42,512 nt of DNA from Campylobacterota bacterium. GTDB taxonomy: Bacteria > Campylobacterota > Campylobacteria > Campylobacterales > Sulfurovaceae. A program made the position numbers and the translations under genes. The notes beneath the pieces are model-generated. The model worked only from the letters and a program-made list of their open reading frames with translations, had not been told where the DNA came from and searched no databases. This document shows, piece after piece, positions 39,565 through 42,512 of the stretch. Positions within the stretch are counted from its first letter, which is position 1. Each line of letters opens with the position of its first letter. Location: the NCBI GenBank assembly GCA_034722955.1, contig JAYEOM010000063.1, forward strand, positions 1 to 42,512. Direction: 5' to 3'.

Positions 39565-40563
39565 CTATTGGGCTATCTGCATCGTGGAGCAGTGGAGGCT
39601 TCCACCCTCTTCGATCAGTTTTTCACAGTTGATAGGGATGATCTCCTTGTCAGGGAAAATCTCCTTGAAGATACTATCTGCCTCTCTGTCTGTGGGGGCA
39701 TTGTAGGTTGGATAGATCAATGCTCTGTTGGTGATGAGGAAGTTGGCATAGGTGGCTGGGAGTCGGCTGCCCCCTTGGTCATACCGGGCTTCACACATAG
39801 GCAGGGGGATGAGTCTATAGGGTTCCTCCTCTATTGTACGGAAGTTTTTTAGCTCATCTTCCATCTTCTGCAACTCTATATAGTGCTCATCCCCTCTGTT
39901 GTCGCACTTGAGATAGGCGATTGACTCTTTGTCAACAAAACGGGCAAGTGTATCGATGTGGCTATCGGTATCATCTCCTGCTAGATAGCCACTGTTTAGC
40001 CATAGTATACGATCGGCACCTAGATATGCTGATAGCTTTGAAGCTACCTCATCTTGGCTCAGTCCACCGTTGCGGTTGCGGTTGCATAGACAGCGAGAAG
40101 TTGTCATGATCGTTCCTGCACCATCTGATTCGATGGAGCCTCCTTCGAGTACAAAATCTATACTCTCCAAGGGTGTGGTACCTAGATACCCTTTTTGGTA
40201 CAGTACTCTATTGAGTAGGTTGTCAAGAGAAGCATCAAACTTGCCTCCCCATCCATCAAAGCTAAAGTCGAGTAGTTTTGTCTCTCCGCTCTCTTCGATA
40301 GATATATATCCATAGTCTCGTATCCAAGTATCGTTGGTAGGGATCTCTATAAAGCTCATATTGCGGGTAGTGCAAAATCTATCAGATATACTTTTTTTGT
40401 CTCTACAGATGATATAGAGGGGTTGTGCATAGGCGATAGCTTGGGCTATACGGATAAAAGGAGTGAGTGCTGCTTCTAAGTTCTCTGCCCAGTCTGTATC
40501 TGCATGAGGAAAAGCCATCAATACTGCTCTTTGTCTCTCCCACTCTGCTATGGTTCTACGCAT
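39565..40563 (-). CDS. aguA: Agmatine deiminase family protein
   Basis: AEWE, DTWIRDYG, LEGGSIESDG, DDTDSHID, ATYANF, GGSLHCSTMQ. Confidence 0.9.
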   Translation of the reverse strand: MRRTIAEWERQRAVLMAFPHADTDWAENLEAALTPFIRIAQAIAYAQPLYIICRDKKSISDRFCTTRNMSFIEIPTNDTWIRDYGYISIEESGETKLLDFSFDGWGGKFDASLDNLLNRVLYQKGYLGTTPLESIDFVLEGGSIESDGAGTIMTTSRCLCNRNRNGGLSQDEVASKLSAYLGADRILWLNSGYLAGDDTDSHIDTLARFVDKESIAYLKCDNRGDEHYIELQKMEDELKNFRTIEEEPYRLIPLPMCEARYDQGGSRLPATYANFLITNRALIYPTYNAPTDREADSIFKEIFPDKEIIPINCEKLIEEGGSLHCSTMQIAQ

Positions 40564-40622
40564 ATAGATCCTTTGTCATGAAATATTCAATAGAGATTAG
40601 GCAAATTTAAGTATAATCCCTC

Positions 40623-41627
40623 ATGGCTTTTATCACAATAAATAGAGAAAACTTTTATCACAATCTTAACCAAATTGCTCTAAAAACAGGCTCAATAGAT
40701 AAGATATCTATCGTCCTAAAAGACAATGCTTACGGACATGATATCGAAATCATGGCAGGTTTGGCTAGTGATTTTGGTATCAAACATGCTGTAGTCGGAG
40801 ATCAAGGTGATGCATCGAAGATCATATCACTTTTTGAAACAGTATTGGTACTAGAGGGGAGAGTGGAGTCTTTGGCAAATGTCTCTTATGCTATCAATAC
40901 GACCGATGATATTGCGAATATCCCAAAAGGTACAAAGGTAGAGCTCAAAGTCGATACAGGAATGCATCGAAACGGCATAATGATAGAGGATCTTGAGTTG
41001 GCTCTATCTCTGATCAGAAAGCAGGGTTTGGAGCTAGTAGGTTTGATGACTCACTATCGCAGTGCTGATCTCTTGGGGTCAGAGTTTTTCTGGCAACAGA
41101 GAGAATTTGAAAAAGCCAAGGAGAGAGTCAAAAAAGCAGGATTTTCAAACTTGAGGATACACTCATACAACTCAGCTGCTATCTTGCGTTCGAAGAGATT
41201 TGATGAAGATATGGTTAGAGTGGGTATAGCAGCCTATGGATACAATGAACTCACCTGCCCATTTGATGATACCGTACTCAAACCAGTACTAAAACTCTAT
41301 GCTAGAAAAGTCTCAACTCGCATACTCAAGCAGGGTGAGAGGGTAGGGTATGGAGGTGCATTTACTGCTCCTGGGCAAATGTCTATCTCTACTTATGATC
41401 TAGGATATGGGGATGGTTGGTGCAGAGGTGATAGCAGCCACCCCTATATCACAGCTGAGGGACTCTCCATACTCGGACGAGTATCGATGGATTTTATAGC
41501 TCTTGAGACAGATAGAGATGAGGTCTGCATCATGTCTGATGCACAGATAGCAGCAAAACACTTCAATACTATCAGCTACGAAATGACCACAGCCCTCTCA
41601 CCAGCGATCGATAGAGTTGTTGTCTAA
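40623..41627 (+). CDS. alr: Alanine racemase
   Basis: VLKDNAYGH (PLP Lys), [32 protein letters not shown]. Confidence 0.93.
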   Translation: MAFITINRENFYHNLNQIALKTGSIDKISIVLKDNAYGHDIEIMAGLASDFGIKHAVVGDQGDASKIISLFETVLVLEGRVESLANVSYAINTTDDIANIPKGTKVELKVDTGMHRNGIMIEDLELALSLIRKQGLELVGLMTHYRSADLLGSEFFWQQREFEKAKERVKKAGFSNLRIHSYNSAAILRSKRFDEDMVRVGIAAYGYNELTCPFDDTVLKPVLKLYARKVSTRILKQGERVGYGGAFTAPGQMSISTYDLGYGDGWCRGDSSHPYITAEGLSILGRVSMDFIALETDRDEVCIMSDAQIAAKHFNTISYEMTTALSPAIDRVVV

Positions 41628-41651
41628 AGAATATTATATCATTGCTGGTAA

Positions 41652-41674
41652 GGAACTTCACAAGAACAATTCTA
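41652..41674. repeat. Solo family-A MITE terminal repeat
   Basis: TAA + ggaacttcacaagaacaa; these 18 bp are identical to 14049-14066. Confidence 0.75.
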
Positions 41675-41693
41675 TGCGTGGTTTTCTTGGCAT
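41658..41693 (-). pseudogene. 5' remnant of a RAYT/TIRYT-like Y1 transposase (MPRKPRIELFL*)
   Basis: AAGGAG SD (41700-41705) and TATACT -10 (41711-41716); MPRKPRIE is a typical N-terminus of this family as I recall it; the frame runs into the MITE TIR. Confidence 0.55.
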
Positions 41694-41759
41694 GTTGGAC
41701 TCCTTTAAGAAGTATAGCGTAAGAGTTATTAGGTTATCGTTATCACCTGACACCTATAC
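41688..41759 (-). repeat. Left arm of an imperfect inverted repeat bracketing the TA module
   Basis: Core 41742-41759 matches the reverse complement of 42436-42453 at 16/18; tacgcta, aaaggagt and atgcca are also shared. Confidence 0.8.
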
Positions 41760-41815
41760 TCCAAAACTTACTTTCACTACTACTTATAGAAAAAACAACT
41801 CTTCAAATTAAACAA

Positions 41816-41852
41816 AAAGTATACATCTGTTTGATAAAATGATGTATACTTT
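41816..41852 (+). promoter_or_regulatory. Palindromic operator enclosing an extended -10 for the TA operon
   Basis: Perfect 12-bp arms aaagtatacatc/gatgtatacttt around a 13-bp spacer containing TGATAAAAT. Confidence 0.65.
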
Positions 41853-41868
41853 AATTTAGGAGTTCATC

Positions 41869-42102
41869 ATGATAGCTTTAAAACAACAAGAACTTTTTGA
41901 CGAAATTGATATTTTACCCATCGATATAAAAACTAAAATCATTGATAAAATATTAAGTAGCATCAGCCCCATCGACAAGTCTATAGATGATTTATGGATA
42001 AAAGAAGCCAATAAAAGAAAAGATGAAATAGAATCTGGAAACGTAAAATTAGTTAATGGTGATGAAGTGTTTAAAAAAATATCTAAAAGACTAAACTCAT
42101 AG
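41869..42102 (+). CDS. Addiction-module antitoxin (TIGR02574/unstable antitoxin family)
   Basis: LP...K..I...L.S....ID..W..E..KR..EI.SG.V......EVF pattern; AGGAG SD; directly upstream of toxin. Confidence 0.85.
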   Translation: MIALKQQELFDEIDILPIDIKTKIIDKILSSISPIDKSIDDLWIKEANKRKDEIESGNVKLVNGDEVFKKISKRLNS

Positions 42103-42393
42103 ATGAAATACTCATTTCATCCAGAAGCTGAAATTGAATTCAATACCTCAATTGATTATTATGAAGAATGTAAGCAAAATCTAGGCTTAGACTTTGCAAA
42201 TGAAGTCTACAAAACAATCCAAAGAATCTTAAACTTTCCAACTGCTTGGCACATTTTAGATAAAGAGATTAGAAGATGTTTGACAAATAGATTTCCTTTT
42301 GGAGTAATCTATTATCAAAGAAATAATGAGATTATTATTCTAGCGATTATGCAACTCAATAGAAAACCAAACTACTGGAAAAGCAGAAAATAG
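42103..42393 (+). CDS. RelE/ParE family type II toxin
   Basis: FHPEAE.E.....YY......LG..F, RR....RFPFGVIY, ILAIM...RKPNYW. Confidence 0.88.
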   Translation: MKYSFHPEAEIEFNTSIDYYEECKQNLGLDFANEVYKTIQRILNFPTAWHILDKEIRRCLTNRFPFGVIYYQRNNEIIILAIMQLNRKPNYWKSRK

Positions 42394-42399
42394 TAAAAG

Positions 42400-42426
42400 A
42401 TATAACAAAACATAGGAGCCAATAAG
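42400..42426 (+). other. Possible left half of an integron attC site
   Basis: ATATAAC core 6 nt after the toxin stop, 5-bp spacer, ATAGGAGC; no complementary right half downstream in the window. Confidence 0.45.
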
Positions 42427-42512
42427 TCACCTGAGGTAGAGGGGTCAGGTGATGCCAATGCTACTATAATCTAAACTACGCTACAATCCTCACAAAGGAG
42501 TAGCCGATGCCA
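42427..42512 (+). mobile_element. End of a putative TIRYT/RAYT-like element: hairpin, GGGGTCAG, promoter, SD and ATG CCA start (42507), cut by the window edge
   Basis: tcacctga-N10-tcaggtga hairpin; TATAAT 42465-42470, TACAAT 42482-42487, AAGGAG 42495-42500; mirrors the left arm. Confidence 0.6.

Noticed and set aside
1425..40315. Many antisense or overlapping ORFs in the track (e.g. 1660-2115, 8522-9058, 9911-10483, 31778-32293, 32750-33352)
   Set aside because: Shadow frames of well-supported genes, Ser/Ile-rich, with no family motifs.

Overview
Bacterial chromosomal segment. Gene content and order (pgbA-like, csd3-like M23 peptidase, short PriA/Mfd, DnaB with a C-terminal charged insertion, clpS-clpA-aat, TGnTATAAT extended -10 promoters) point to Campylobacterota, probably a Sulfurovum-like organism (inference). 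About 40 mostly housekeeping genes are present: mgtE, glcD-like, comEC, dnaB, ispG, priA, rsmG, luxS, mfd, folC, lptE, leuS, bioD, clpSA-aat, aguAB, alr. There is also a Cache-PAS-GGDEF-EAL protein and a histidine kinase sharing a paralogous sensor domain, an RND pump and a truncated globin. No rRNA, tRNA or CRISPR array was seen. The unusual signals are intergenic. (1) At the right end, an AT-rich RelE/ParE-type TA pair is bracketed by ~75-bp imperfect inverted repeats. Each repeat carries a GGGGTCAG-type motif, a -10, an SD and an outward-facing ATG CCA start; the left one reads MPRKPRIE, like a RAYT/TIRYT Y1 transposase start. Apparent half-attC sites lie next to the repeats, suggesting an integron-type cassette captured by attC-targeting Y1 elements. 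(2) A MITE family with TAA/TTA duplications occurs in at least four copies, one of which supplies the SD and a -10 for priA. (3) Between aat and the RND gene lie an unannotated Ibs-like 21-aa hydrophobic ORF and a VapD-like gene with an in-frame stop. All family assignments come from motif recognition by eye; no searches were run.
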